From assembly GCA_048882325.1 (NCBI GenBank), contig JBHLRS010000001.1, forward strand, positions 32,001 through 96,000: a stretch of 64,000 bases of DNA. The letters run 5' to 3'. Source of the DNA: Candidatus Thorarchaeota archaeon. GTDB taxonomy: Archaea > Asgardarchaeota > Thorarchaeia > Thorarchaeales > Thorarchaeaceae. The notes beneath the pieces were generated by a model that saw nothing but the letters and a program-made list of their open reading frames with translations, was not told the DNA's origin and searched no databases. Numbering within the stretch: position 1 is the first letter of the stretch; every line of letters begins with the position of its first letter. Shown here one piece after another: positions 30,398-40,036 of the stretch. Position numbers and translations under genes: made by a program.

Positions 30398-31551
30398 CAA
30401 TCTAGTAAAGTTGAGCTTGTAACAGTCTTGAATACACCACCGAACTCGTCGAGAAGTGATTCCTCCTTTGTCCAGACACTGATGTCTGGGGAGAGAAGAG
30501 AGTCTAGTACTGTAATCGCATTTTCTTTTGTATCAAGGATTACTTGGTCTGACACGAACGCGGAATTAACTCCAGCTCGAACTAGCCATGGTCCAATTAC
30601 AATATTGCTATTGTTTCTAGCATAATGGAAAACTGTTACATGAGCCGCCTCTTTCTGTCCAACAAGGTTTCTATATGCTGAAAATCGTGCATGGTCTGCA
30701 AAGACAGAGGTCCTTGAGTCGATAGTGACGTTCTTAATCCCCTCTAGGCTCACATCTCTGGCAAATCCCTGTTGGGTTCTTTCAATTCTGAAATAATCAA
30801 CCTTAGGTCTACCAGGTTGAATGAAGATTGTGAAATTTTCACCATGAATCTCAGACCTTCCAATTCGGTATGAAAATGCAACAGGTTTGTCTGCGAGCTC
30901 GATCAAACAACGACTGATGTAGGCATCAATCACAGCTTTGTATGATCCTCGAGTTGGAACGAATCTTCTACTATCCAGTCGACCAAGGAGCCCGACTGAC
31001 ATCAGTCGTGCAACTTGATCCAGAGAATAATCATACTCCAAAAGCTTCCATGCCGCCTCTGAAGCTGGGATGTCTAGCTCCGTAATTCTCTTTGCTACTC
31101 TACTAATCTCAGGTTCAGAAACAATTTCAATGGAACTGATATCTACCTGAGAACTTGCTGGGAGCTGACCTCCCAGAGCGTAGAGTCCCCGTGGGGGAAG
31201 GTTGGCAATCTCGAATTCAAGAGCGACTGGACTGACTGACAGGGCTATGGTCTGCAGTGCCTCTACGAAACTTGATGGCTCCATAGATCGAGCATCAATA
31301 GGAACTGTGAATCGATACAACCTTCGTCGCATGGACAAGATAGCTTCTTTGTCCAAGCCCATCCATGACGCTGGGTGATCGAAGATAGAGAGATACTCTG
31401 AAGGTTCCTTCGAGGCCAATACCCCTGCCATCACGACTGGGTATTTCGCAGCCTCAATAGTAATGCCGGGTGGACTGAACGCTGTTACGTGGCGACGTGA
31501 CTCAACTTGTCTTAGCTGCATTTGAGTCGTTTGAGCATGATCGAGTGCCAT
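30397..31551 (-). CDS. Divergent Nre-family DNA repair protein (NreA-like)
   Basis: SPP......YP.V.AG, DHPASW, RLMSVGLLG...RRFVPTR.S.KAV, GPWLVR. Confidence 0.7.
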   Translation of the reverse strand: MALDHAQTTQMQLRQVESRRHVTAFSPPGITIEAAKYPVVMAGVLASKEPSEYLSIFDHPASWMGLDKEAILSMRRRLYRFTVPIDARSMEPSSFVEALQTIALSVSPVALEFEIANLPPRGLYALGGQLPASSQVDISSIEIVSEPEISRVAKRITELDIPASEAAWKLLEYDYSLDQVARLMSVGLLGRLDSRRFVPTRGSYKAVIDAYISRCLIELADKPVAFSYRIGRSEIHGENFTIFIQPGRPKVDYFRIERTQQGFARDVSLEGIKNVTIDSRTSVFADHARFSAYRNLVGQKEAAHVTVFHYARNNSNIVIGPWLVRAGVNSAFVSDQVILDTKENAITVLDSLLSPDISVWTKEESLLDEFGGVFKTVTSSTLLD

Positions 31552-31731
31552 TGCCTTCCCCTTTCTTATGTAGACCCATATATTCATTCAATGAGTTTGC
31601 TAAGCCAATTCTGCACTATATTGGTTCTATAGAAAGGATAAGACACGTCGTGAGAGAGATGACCGAAAGTATCTCTCACGAAAGACATATAGTTTCTATA
31701 TGCGTGGCGACGCTCAAGCATGGTTTGAGAG

Positions 31732-33342
31732 ATGATCGCGCCTTCTGAGAGTACTGAAACTGATTCGACTGATTTTGATGAGAAAGTTGGTTTTGGGTAT
31801 TTCCTCAAATGGAAGCAAAGGAATCGATGGAACATCCATCTTTTCATTGCAGCTTTGATAGCGACGGGTTTCAGCTGCATTCATTATCTCTTAACCATGT
31901 TATCATATACTCATCCCGGCTTTGCTTTGGATGACTCATGGATTCACTTGCAATATGCACGTACAATATACGAAGGAACACCTTGGGAATACTCACCAGG
32001 TTATCCGAGTACAGGCTCGACAAGTCCTCTCTGGTCTACAATACTCTCAGTCTTATTTTACGTCTCAGCTGATCCAGTCAACCTAGCCTGGTGTATCTAT
32101 TTCATCTCGACTCTCTTCTACATATCTTCAACATTCATGGTGGGTAAGATAGTAAGCACATATACTGAGAATCTTCAATGGGGTACACTTTCAGTTCTTG
32201 GATTTGTCTTGATTCCTCGTAATACTTGGCTCATGCTCTCAGGGATGGAAACGCCTCTGTTTGTCTTCATATTACTTCTTTCTATCATAATCATGGATAG
32301 AATCGAGCTGAAATACGACCTTGTTATTGGTGTGCTAGTTGGTTTGGCTTATCTGTCAAGACCTGAGGGTCTTGTAATTGCCCTTGGAGTGCCAGTAAGG
32401 TTAGTTATCATATCATCAAGGGGCAGTCTTGATAGAAATCGAGTCGCTATGCTGTTTGTATCTGCGGGTCTTGCGATACTAGTTGCACTACCGTGGATCC
32501 TGCACTGTTTCAATATTACTGGACTACCTTTGCCTGACACATTTTATGCTAAAGTTCATGCTCCTACAGTGTCTGAAATTGAAACTTGGAATTACTTCTG
32601 GTTAGTATTCCTAATTGAGATGCCATTCCTACTTGTGGGGATGTTTGTAGGAGTTCTTTTGGTGTTCAAGCGAATGCCTTTTCCATGGTTGTTTCCAACT
32701 ATCCTTACCATCATGTATCGGTTGTCAATTCCATATATTTCACTGATAAACAATGGTCGCTACCTTCTGCCTATCTTTGACCTCTATTTCGTCGCAGCAA
32801 TTGTAGTAATGGGACTGCGGCTGGAAAAATTCCTCACTGGAAGACTGAGGTTCAAAGACGGTCGAGACAGTCACCTTACAGCAATTGCAATCGCATTTCT
32901 TCTTGTTATTATGCCACTCATCCCCACATATGTTTGGCAAGCAACAAACTATGGCCGAGCTGTAGAAAATATTAATGACCTGCAGGTCAACATAGGTACT
33001 TGGCTTGCTGAGAACACACCTGAGGATGCAGTATTCGCGACCCATGACGCAGGAGCTCTTAGATTTATCTCGAACAGGACTATGATCGACATGGCCGGGT
33101 TGGTCAGTCCAGACATAGTTCATGGAAATATGACCACCAGGGAAAAACTATCCTATCTTAGGATGAAAGGTTGTACCTACATAGTCTTCTTCAACGACCT
33201 ATTTCGACATATCAGCCGCCTTCTCCCTACTCAAGCTTATGAAACAGTCTATACAGTTACAGTACCTCCCGAAGTTCATGTTGTAAGTGGTCGATCAACA
33301 ATGTCTGTCTACCAAATCTATTGGGAATACACGAGTTATTAG
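31732..33342 (+). CDS. GT-C fold polyprenol-linked glycosyltransferase
   Basis: DDSWIHLQYAR, GSTSPLW, SGMETPL, RPEG, P.TFYAK, RYLLP, DAGA..F...IDMAGL; about 12 TM. Confidence 0.75.
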   Translation: MIAPSESTETDSTDFDEKVGFGYFLKWKQRNRWNIHLFIAALIATGFSCIHYLLTMLSYTHPGFALDDSWIHLQYARTIYEGTPWEYSPGYPSTGSTSPLWSTILSVLFYVSADPVNLAWCIYFISTLFYISSTFMVGKIVSTYTENLQWGTLSVLGFVLIPRNTWLMLSGMETPLFVFILLLSIIIMDRIELKYDLVIGVLVGLAYLSRPEGLVIALGVPVRLVIISSRGSLDRNRVAMLFVSAGLAILVALPWILHCFNITGLPLPDTFYAKVHAPTVSEIETWNYFWLVFLIEMPFLLVGMFVGVLLVFKRMPFPWLFPTILTIMYRLSIPYISLINNGRYLLPIFDLYFVAAIVVMGLRLEKFLTGRLRFKDGRDSHLTAIAIAFLLVIMPLIPTYVWQATNYGRAVENINDLQVNIGTWLAENTPEDAVFATHDAGALRFISNRTMIDMAGLVSPDIVHGNMTTREKLSYLRMKGCTYIVFFNDLFRHISRLLPTQAYETVYTVTVPPEVHVVSGRSTMSVYQIYWEYTSY

Positions 33343-33345
33343 CAA

Positions 33346-34545
33346 TCAGGATATCTGCTTTCGGACGTACTCAACTAGCTCCTCATACAAGGCATTTGGC
33401 TCAGATACATCGACAAACCCTCCAGTGAAAACCTCCCCTTTCCCTCCCCCTTTTCCTCCAAGTTTTTTGACGACGGAAGATATGTAATGAGCTGCTTCAT
33501 GATGTACAGCATTGACTCGAAGAATGACCTGTGATTTTTGTCCAGATCCAAACAGAAGAATGATTGTTGGTCCTGAAACTTTCAATTGATTTGAAAGTAC
33601 TCTAAGAGAACCCGCATCAAACCCAGGAAGAAATTCTGATCTAAAGTTCACATTGCCTATCTCAATAACAGATGGTCCTTCTGAAACCATTTGTACGATT
33701 TTCTCAATCATCATTTGTTTGTCCTCAATTGCTATCTTAGCCCGGTCGAGAACTGGTCCTAACTGTTCCATTTCAAAAGGATATGAGTACTTTCTCGCTA
33801 GTGCTGCATTATAGACGGAAAAGACATGGAGTGCAGCGTTCATACCTGCCATGAATTCTACTCGTGTCCTCTTCTCACCTGACTTGACATCTATCACCTT
33901 GAAGAATCCAATATCTCCGGTCTGTTCGACATGAATTCCTGAACAGGCCGAACTATCCATCTCCCCAACTCTAACTATTCTCAGCCTGTCATGTTTCTGA
34001 GCCAGTCCATCTCTACTTCTTACTGATGAATCAAGACTGTTGGAATCCACAAAACTACTTTCAACTGGAAGATTCCGCTCAATCGCTTGCATGACCTCAA
34101 GCTCCGCTTCAAGGATATTCTCAAGTGTCAAATCAGCACCCAATATCTCCACTGACCCATATTTTCCATCTATCCATAATTCTCCTACCTTGATGACATG
34201 TTTTTTGTTGATGATTGACACGAAGAGATGTTCAGCTGTATGGTTTCTCATCAACGAAATCCGCCACTTCATGTCGATATTCAGGTGGCCCATTTCACCC
34301 TGATCCACATATCCATCAGCAACCAGAACAGTTCCTTCTAAATCACTGATGGTGTCTTTCACTGAAACACAAGTGTTTCCGACAGTGAGACTTCCTCTTT
34401 CGCCTGCCTGTCCTCCTCCCGCCGGTCTTATGACATCTTCACCGATTCTAACGTGATAGTTATCATTAATTTTCTCGACAGATTCGATGGAGACCTCAAA
34501 CTCTCTCCTGGATGTATCATCCCAATACGGAGGAATATCAGTCAT
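33346..34545 (-). CDS. alaX: Alanyl-tRNA editing protein AlaX with C-terminal DHHA1 domain
   Basis: PAGGGQ, MRNHTAEH, CSGIHV..TG.IG, GGKGGG. Confidence 0.85.
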   Translation of the reverse strand: MTDIPPYWDDTSRREFEVSIESVEKINDNYHVRIGEDVIRPAGGGQAGERGSLTVGNTCVSVKDTISDLEGTVLVADGYVDQGEMGHLNIDMKWRISLMRNHTAEHLFVSIINKKHVIKVGELWIDGKYGSVEILGADLTLENILEAELEVMQAIERNLPVESSFVDSNSLDSSVRSRDGLAQKHDRLRIVRVGEMDSSACSGIHVEQTGDIGFFKVIDVKSGEKRTRVEFMAGMNAALHVFSVYNAALARKYSYPFEMEQLGPVLDRAKIAIEDKQMMIEKIVQMVSEGPSVIEIGNVNFRSEFLPGFDAGSLRVLSNQLKVSGPTIILLFGSGQKSQVILRVNAVHHEAAHYISSVVKKLGGKGGGKGEVFTGGFVDVSEPNALYEELVEYVRKQIS

Positions 34546-34684
34546 AATCTACCACCATCGCAATTACATTATCGTTTCAAAACTGTTTCCACTAGAAGTT
34601 GAAATTCCGATATCTGCCGAAACCGATATAGCCAGTGTTGATTGAACAACTGGTGTTCAGATATTCAACTCGAGGCATCATCTT

Positions 34685-35935
34685 ATGTTTAAGTTTCTAA
34701 AATCCGATCCAGTCAAGAAAGCCAAGAAATACATTGAGAAAGCCCTCATCGAGATCGAGGAAGGATATCCAGAATATGCAAGCGCTGAATACGAGAAAGC
34801 AGCTCGCCAATTCCTTGAAGTAGACCAAACAGACTTCGCTGTCAAGTACTTCCGAGAAGCTGCATATTGCGCATTAGAGGTGAATGATCACTTTAGATGC
34901 TCGGATATGAAGATAGCAGCAGCTGAGTGTTTATTGCAAGAAGGCCGATATGATGAGGCTGGAGGTCTCTACTCTGAGTCATCAGACCATCTACATAGAG
35001 AGAAGAAGACTAAGGAATCTAATAGATCCCTGGGGGTAGCCATCATTGGTTACTTGGCGGCCAGAAATTTTGGAACTGCTACAAATCTGATGCGAAAGGC
35101 TGAGAAACGAATCAAGGATAGTTCTGCCAAGAAAGATACATTGTATGTTCTTGCAGAACTCTGTGTCAGGATACTTTGTGAGGGCGAAGATATCCCTCTT
35201 GACCGATTCAACAAAGCAGCGAAGAGTGCAAAACCTAATGCTAAAGAACAACCCCTGTTCGATTTTCTCGTGACATCTACACGTCTAGCTATTCAGACTG
35301 AGATTATGTTGGAATGGGCTGGGGCTCCACAGAAAGAGGTCAATGTCAAAAAACCTCTCGAGATCGAGCTTAGATACAAGTGTCCTGCTGAGGTTCAGAT
35401 TGTTGACCATAGACTATCTCTGTCGAATAGTGTCATTATGACCAAGGAACCCGAATATACGCAGATTCCATCAAAAGAAGAGTCCTGGTTGCTGGAGTTT
35501 AAGCCCGTCCTGAGTGGAATGGGAAGCATCGGTCCTTTGACAGTGACACTTGAGGGTGACCGAGTTCTAGTCAACAAACATAGCAACACTATCGAATTCA
35601 GTATTGCTCGAGCTCCTTCAAGTATTGCATTGGATGTGAAACCAGAACGAGTTTCCTGCAATCTTGGCGAAGAAGCTGTACTTGAGATTACTGTTCTGAA
35701 TGAAGGAGATGGACCAGCTGAGAACATTGAGGTGACTGTGGAATTGTCCGACGGTCTCGAATTGTCTTTAGGGATTGAAGTTAAGACGATTAACTTTCTA
35801 GGCAGTGGAGAGAACGTACGTTTCCAAGCATTTGTAAGAGCAGTTGGACAAGGAGATGAACTTGTCACAGTTAAGGTCGTAGATGGTCGCTCAGGCGATG
35901 AGGTTGTGAAGACGACAATGGTGCGAGTAGGTTAA
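34685..35935 (+). CDS. SNAP/TPR-like alpha-solenoid fused to two Ig-like (CARDB/BatD-type) beta-sandwiches
   Basis: PEYASAEYEKAARQF..A..YF.EAA helical repeats; C-terminal IGPLTVT and LEITVLNEGDGPAENIEVTVELSDGLEL...L.SGE. Confidence 0.65.
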   Translation: MFKFLKSDPVKKAKKYIEKALIEIEEGYPEYASAEYEKAARQFLEVDQTDFAVKYFREAAYCALEVNDHFRCSDMKIAAAECLLQEGRYDEAGGLYSESSDHLHREKKTKESNRSLGVAIIGYLAARNFGTATNLMRKAEKRIKDSSAKKDTLYVLAELCVRILCEGEDIPLDRFNKAAKSAKPNAKEQPLFDFLVTSTRLAIQTEIMLEWAGAPQKEVNVKKPLEIELRYKCPAEVQIVDHRLSLSNSVIMTKEPEYTQIPSKEESWLLEFKPVLSGMGSIGPLTVTLEGDRVLVNKHSNTIEFSIARAPSSIALDVKPERVSCNLGEEAVLEITVLNEGDGPAENIEVTVELSDGLELSLGIEVKTINFLGSGENVRFQAFVRAVGQGDELVTVKVVDGRSGDEVVKTTMVRVG

Positions 35936-35937
35936 TT

Positions 35938-36672
35938 CTAACTTTTCCTCTTCTTTCTCTCTGTTTCAGCTCTTATACTCAAACATGCACTCATGACCTG
36001 TTCGATTGCTTCTTCTTCCTTGAACTCCTTCAGCATGTCTTCAGCATCATCAAGGTCGTTCTTTGCGAGTGCATCACTAAAATTAAGGAGGGTTTCAAGC
36101 CATTCCCATCTTGTCTTTGAAATGATCTTCTTCGCTTTCTCTATGCGCTCCTTGGCTTTATCCATCTTCTCGATAGTTGCAAATCCCATAGCTGCTAGTG
36201 ACAGGTTGATTACAGCTCGTTCTGCATTCCCATCATCAATAGCCTTGTCTGCAGCTTTGTCATAGAGGTTCCCCATGTTCTGAGCAGCAGTAAGGAAATA
36301 CTCACTATTTCCTGTTTTGTGACATGCATAGGCCGCCCAGAGGTAGGCTTGAGCCGCGGTCTCAGTCATTCTTTCAAGGAGAGCTTCTTTAGCAGCATTC
36401 TCGTAGAGTGTCAAAGCTGTAGAGAAATCACTAATTTGTTTGTACTGCGTTGCCGCTTCAAGATATGCAGTGGCGGCTGCTTTATGATCATCTTTCTCCA
36501 CTCGGTCTTCTGCATACATGTGATAGTACTCAGCGGCTTTCCGTGTCATCTCAAGAACTCTATCGAGAAAACAGATTGCTGCGTTCTTGAACTGGTTAGC
36601 AGCTTGATAGTAGTTTTCAACCTCGAGAAACTCATTGGCTAATCGTTCCCATTGAGCACATTCGTCTTCCAT
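35938..36672 (-). CDS. Alpha-SNAP-like TPR protein
   Basis: YQAANQFKNA, DDHKAAATAYLEAATQYKQ, ALTLYENAA helical hairpin repeats. Confidence 0.6.
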   Translation of the reverse strand: MEDECAQWERLANEFLEVENYYQAANQFKNAAICFLDRVLEMTRKAAEYYHMYAEDRVEKDDHKAAATAYLEAATQYKQISDFSTALTLYENAAKEALLERMTETAAQAYLWAAYACHKTGNSEYFLTAAQNMGNLYDKAADKAIDDGNAERAVINLSLAAMGFATIEKMDKAKERIEKAKKIISKTRWEWLETLLNFSDALAKNDLDDAEDMLKEFKEEEAIEQVMSACLSIRAETERKKRKS

Positions 36673-36906
36673 GCTATCTCGACCTACCTGTCCTTCTCTC
36701 TGATGGTGCATTCTCTGAGTCCAAACAGGATGTGCCTAAAGTGATTGTGCTCTACAAAAATGTAGCTCCGACGTAAAAAGCACCATTTATCGACACCACA
36801 ACTCTCACTTATGTCGTCACAGCATTTACTCCTGAAAAAGAGCCCAGCATTACGATTTTTCTCTTACAGCTTATTAATTACAATCCGAATTTGAGCTTAC
36901 GTGTAA

Positions 36907-36914
36907 TTTAAATA
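36907..36914 (+). promoter_or_regulatory. TATA-box-like element for a putative + strand small transcript
   Basis: TTTAAATA about 25 nt upstream of a structured region. Confidence 0.4.
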
Positions 36915-36935
36915 CAAGTTACGCTAATATTTGTC

Positions 36936-37073
36936 ATCGAGCTGTGTAGGTTTCGCGAGAAGGGAGCGATGTAAGAGATTGGAGAGAACTAGCCCTGCTG
37001 GCTAAATCCTGTTTCCCTAACTAGGAACCAACTCGTCGGGAACTCTGCGGTGTTCCCGACACCTTTTCCTTTT
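36936..37073 (+). ncRNA. Candidate structured small RNA of unknown class
   Basis: Nested complementary segments, upstream TATA, + oriented terminator, no convincing ORF. Confidence 0.4.
37035..37073 (+). terminator. Hairpin + U-tract terminator oriented for a + strand transcript
   Basis: GTCGGGAAC-N8-GTTCCCGAC followed by ACCTTTTCCTTTT. Confidence 0.65.
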
Positions 37074-37075
37074 GG

Positions 37076-38335
37076 TTATTTGAGTTCCTCAAGAAGTTCC
37101 TTGGCACGCTCGACCTTCACGTTCTTCTCTTTGACCAACTTCTCAGCGATGATGTCAACCTGGTCACCGCGGGCTCCTGCAGTTGCAGCAACGTTACGAG
37201 CATGTAGCGCCATATGTCCCTTCTGAATACCTTCTGAAGCTAGAGCTCGAAGCGCAGCAAGATTCTGTGCTAGCCCTACACTTGCAATGATGTGTCCTAG
37301 CTCAGTTGCAGTTTCCACTCCGAGGATCTTTACGCTTGCTCTGGCGACAGGATGTACTTTGGTTGCACCTCCAACCAACCCTACAGCCATTGGGATTTCG
37401 ATACTACCCAGTAGATGACCTTCTGGTGACTTCTCATATTTGGTCAACGAACTATATCCGTTCATCGCTGCGTAACTGTGAGCTCCAGCTTCGATTGCTC
37501 TGAAGTCATTTCCAGTAGCAATAACGACAGCATCAATACCGTTCATGATTCCCTTGTTGTGTGTTGAGCATCTGTAGGGATCTGCCTCTGCAAACGCCCA
37601 GGCTGCGATTATATCATCAACTACTTCTTCTCCACCCAGCAATTCTTTGTCAAAAGTCGCTTTTGACCTGACAAGTCTAAATTCAGCGAGGTTAGAGAGT
37701 ATTCGCAAGATTACTCGTCCACCTGTTATTTTCTCAATACGTGGTGCAAGCGCTTCAGCCATTGTGTTGACCGCATTGGCTCCCATGGCATCGCGAGTAT
37801 CTACTATGAGCTCTGCAACAAGCATGACACCGACTTTAGAATCGAATATTCTTACTCGGATGTCGCGTGCTCCCCCACCGAATCGCACAAGGATTGGGTC
37901 CTGCTCGTTTGCATACTCCAGAAGCGAATCCTTTGCGTCCATAATCTTTGTCTTGGCATCCTCAGGGGATGCGACCTCTACAACCTGTATCTGTCCAATC
38001 ATATTCGGGCCCGTATCAGTAGCTGTAAATCCACCATGGTTTCGTGTCATTCGAGCTGCATTACTTGCAGCGGCTACTACGGATGGTTCTTCGAGAGCCA
38101 TTGGAACAAGATAGTCCTTCTCGTTGACTCGAAAATTCGTTGCAATACCAAGTGGGAGAGTCATTGAACCGACCACATTTTCAATCATGTGGTCTAGAAC
38201 TCCCATGTCTACGTTGCATGGATCCACCAAAGGTCCCAGATCGTCATCTCCAAGTCCAGTGACTTCTTTCAGTTTCTTCACACGGTCCACTCTAGAGAGC
38301 TTGAAGAAGCCAGAAATCCTCGAATCATCAACCAT
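37076..38335 (-). CDS. mvaA: HMG-CoA reductase, class II
   Basis: SRISGF, MIENVVG, EEPSVVAAAS, DAMGAN.VN.M.E, ILSNL, THNKGIMNGID, GIQKGHM.LHA. Confidence 0.95.
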   Translation of the reverse strand: MVDDSRISGFFKLSRVDRVKKLKEVTGLGDDDLGPLVDPCNVDMGVLDHMIENVVGSMTLPLGIATNFRVNEKDYLVPMALEEPSVVAAASNAARMTRNHGGFTATDTGPNMIGQIQVVEVASPEDAKTKIMDAKDSLLEYANEQDPILVRFGGGARDIRVRIFDSKVGVMLVAELIVDTRDAMGANAVNTMAEALAPRIEKITGGRVILRILSNLAEFRLVRSKATFDKELLGGEEVVDDIIAAWAFAEADPYRCSTHNKGIMNGIDAVVIATGNDFRAIEAGAHSYAAMNGYSSLTKYEKSPEGHLLGSIEIPMAVGLVGGATKVHPVARASVKILGVETATELGHIIASVGLAQNLAALRALASEGIQKGHMALHARNVAATAGARGDQVDIIAEKLVKEKNVKVERAKELLEELK

Positions 38336-38439
38336 GTTTTCAACCTCGCTTGATAGATACTTCACATCGTGGTACCCATAAAAGTTCGACCATAGGGTTT
38401 AAGACTCGAACAGCTGAGGATGCTGAATAGTTGAGCACG

Positions 38440-39957
38440 ATGAGTTCAGAGCGAGATTTCAGTGACATCATCACAGGCCTAGCTAAGAAACGCGGATTCT
38501 TCTGGGGACCATCTCCGGAAATTTATGGAGGCAGCTCTGGATTCTATGATTTAGGTCCGCTAGGCAAGTTGTTAAAGAATCGACTTGAGAACCAGATTCG
38601 AGCGGCCTTTGTGCGAGCGAACTTCTGGGAGGTCGAATGTCCAACAGTCAGTCCTGCTCAGGTCTGGAAGGCCTCTGGCCATCTTGATGGTTTCATTGAC
38701 CCTGTCACTCAATGCACAAAGTGTGGTCAGGTCTATCGTGCAGACAACCTCATTGAGGAGAAGTCACCTGGCACTAATATTGCAGGTCAGACAGTTGACG
38801 AGCTGACAGAGACAATCAAGAAAATTGGTCTTGTGTGTCCATCCTGCAAGGGTGCACTTGGTCCTGTGGAAACCTACAACCTCATGATGCGGACGCGGTT
38901 GGGTCTTGATCAGGAAGCCTATCTGAGACCAGAGACCGCTACTACGACCTATCTTCTATTCAGACGTTTTCTTACATTCTTCCGTGACAAGCTCCCAGCT
39001 TCAGTCTTTCAGATTGGCAAAGCTTACAGAAATGAGATATCTCCACGTCAGGGCATGTTGCGTCTACGGGAGTTCACACAGACTGAAGGCCAGATATTCC
39101 TTCTCGAGAAGGATGAGATGGAATGGCGTCAGTTTGAGGACATTAAGGATGAGAAACTTCCTCTGGTGACATACCAAGCTCAGGAGAAGGACAAGTACAA
39201 TCCTGTCATGACTAAGATGTCTGATGCCATTAAGAAGGGATACTTCCAGAAACCCGCTTACGCTTGGTGTGTCTATATTGGGTATGACATCTTTCGAAAG
39301 ATGGGTTTCTCTGAAGACAAAATGAGACTACGACAGCATCTCCAGACTGAGAGAGCTCACTATGCAGCAGATGCATGGGATATTGAGATTCACACAGACA
39401 GTTTTGGTTGGGTTGAATGTTGTGGTGTGCATGACCGAGGTAACTATGACCTGTCTCGCCATCAGGAATTCTCCAAGGAGAAACTACATGTCAAGGTAAA
39501 CAAGAAACCTGTTGTACCAGAGGTCCTCGAGATTGCTTTCGGCATTGAAAGACCCCTCTTCTGTCTGATTGATAACTCATTCAGACCCGAGTCAGAAGAT
39601 CGTGATACTGATTGGCTTCAGTTTCCGCCCGAGGTTGCCCCCATTCAGGTGGCAGTGTTTCCACTCATGGGTAAACCTGAGCTCTTGGAACCTGCCCAAG
39701 AAATCTACAACGACATCATGGATGCAGGCTTCATCTCTCAGTTTGACCAAGGCGGATCGATTGGAAAGAGGTACAGACGTCAGGATGAGGTAGGAACTCC
39801 CTTCTGTGTCACCATTGACTACACTACACTTGAGGATGGTACAGTAACAGTTAGAGACCGTGACTCAATGGAGCAGATACGTGTTCACAAGGAATCACTC
39901 ATCGAGACCCTCAGAGGACTTATTCGAGGGAAAACACAGTTTGTTTCTCTCGTTTGA
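38440..39957 (+). CDS. glyS: Glycyl-tRNA synthetase (alpha2 type)
   Basis: EIYGG..GFYD.GP.G, YLRPETA, QIGKAYRNEISPR, RLREF.Q.E, ERAHYA, SIGKRY.RQDE.GTPF. Confidence 0.96.
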   Translation: MSSERDFSDIITGLAKKRGFFWGPSPEIYGGSSGFYDLGPLGKLLKNRLENQIRAAFVRANFWEVECPTVSPAQVWKASGHLDGFIDPVTQCTKCGQVYRADNLIEEKSPGTNIAGQTVDELTETIKKIGLVCPSCKGALGPVETYNLMMRTRLGLDQEAYLRPETATTTYLLFRRFLTFFRDKLPASVFQIGKAYRNEISPRQGMLRLREFTQTEGQIFLLEKDEMEWRQFEDIKDEKLPLVTYQAQEKDKYNPVMTKMSDAIKKGYFQKPAYAWCVYIGYDIFRKMGFSEDKMRLRQHLQTERAHYAADAWDIEIHTDSFGWVECCGVHDRGNYDLSRHQEFSKEKLHVKVNKKPVVPEVLEIAFGIERPLFCLIDNSFRPESEDRDTDWLQFPPEVAPIQVAVFPLMGKPELLEPAQEIYNDIMDAGFISQFDQGGSIGKRYRRQDEVGTPFCVTIDYTTLEDGTVTVRDRDSMEQIRVHKESLIETLRGLIRGKTQFVSLV

Positions 39958-40036
39958 TCGAGTTGTCATTTCTAAATCAAAGGACTTTTGTTGGCGACCT
40001 CCTAGTTTAGATATAGTCGGGTGGAGGAAGTCGACA

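Noticed and set aside
31584-31880. 98-aa minus-strand ORF
   Set aside because: Antisense to the glycosyltransferase start and spans a divergent promoter region
36945-37023. GTG-TAG followed by a short open frame as a possible pyrrolysine peptide
   Set aside because: An amber at codon 2 with no other support; RNA structure explains the region better
37076-38335. Bacterial-type class II HMG-CoA reductase in an archaeon
   Set aside because: Already well known in several archaeal lineages
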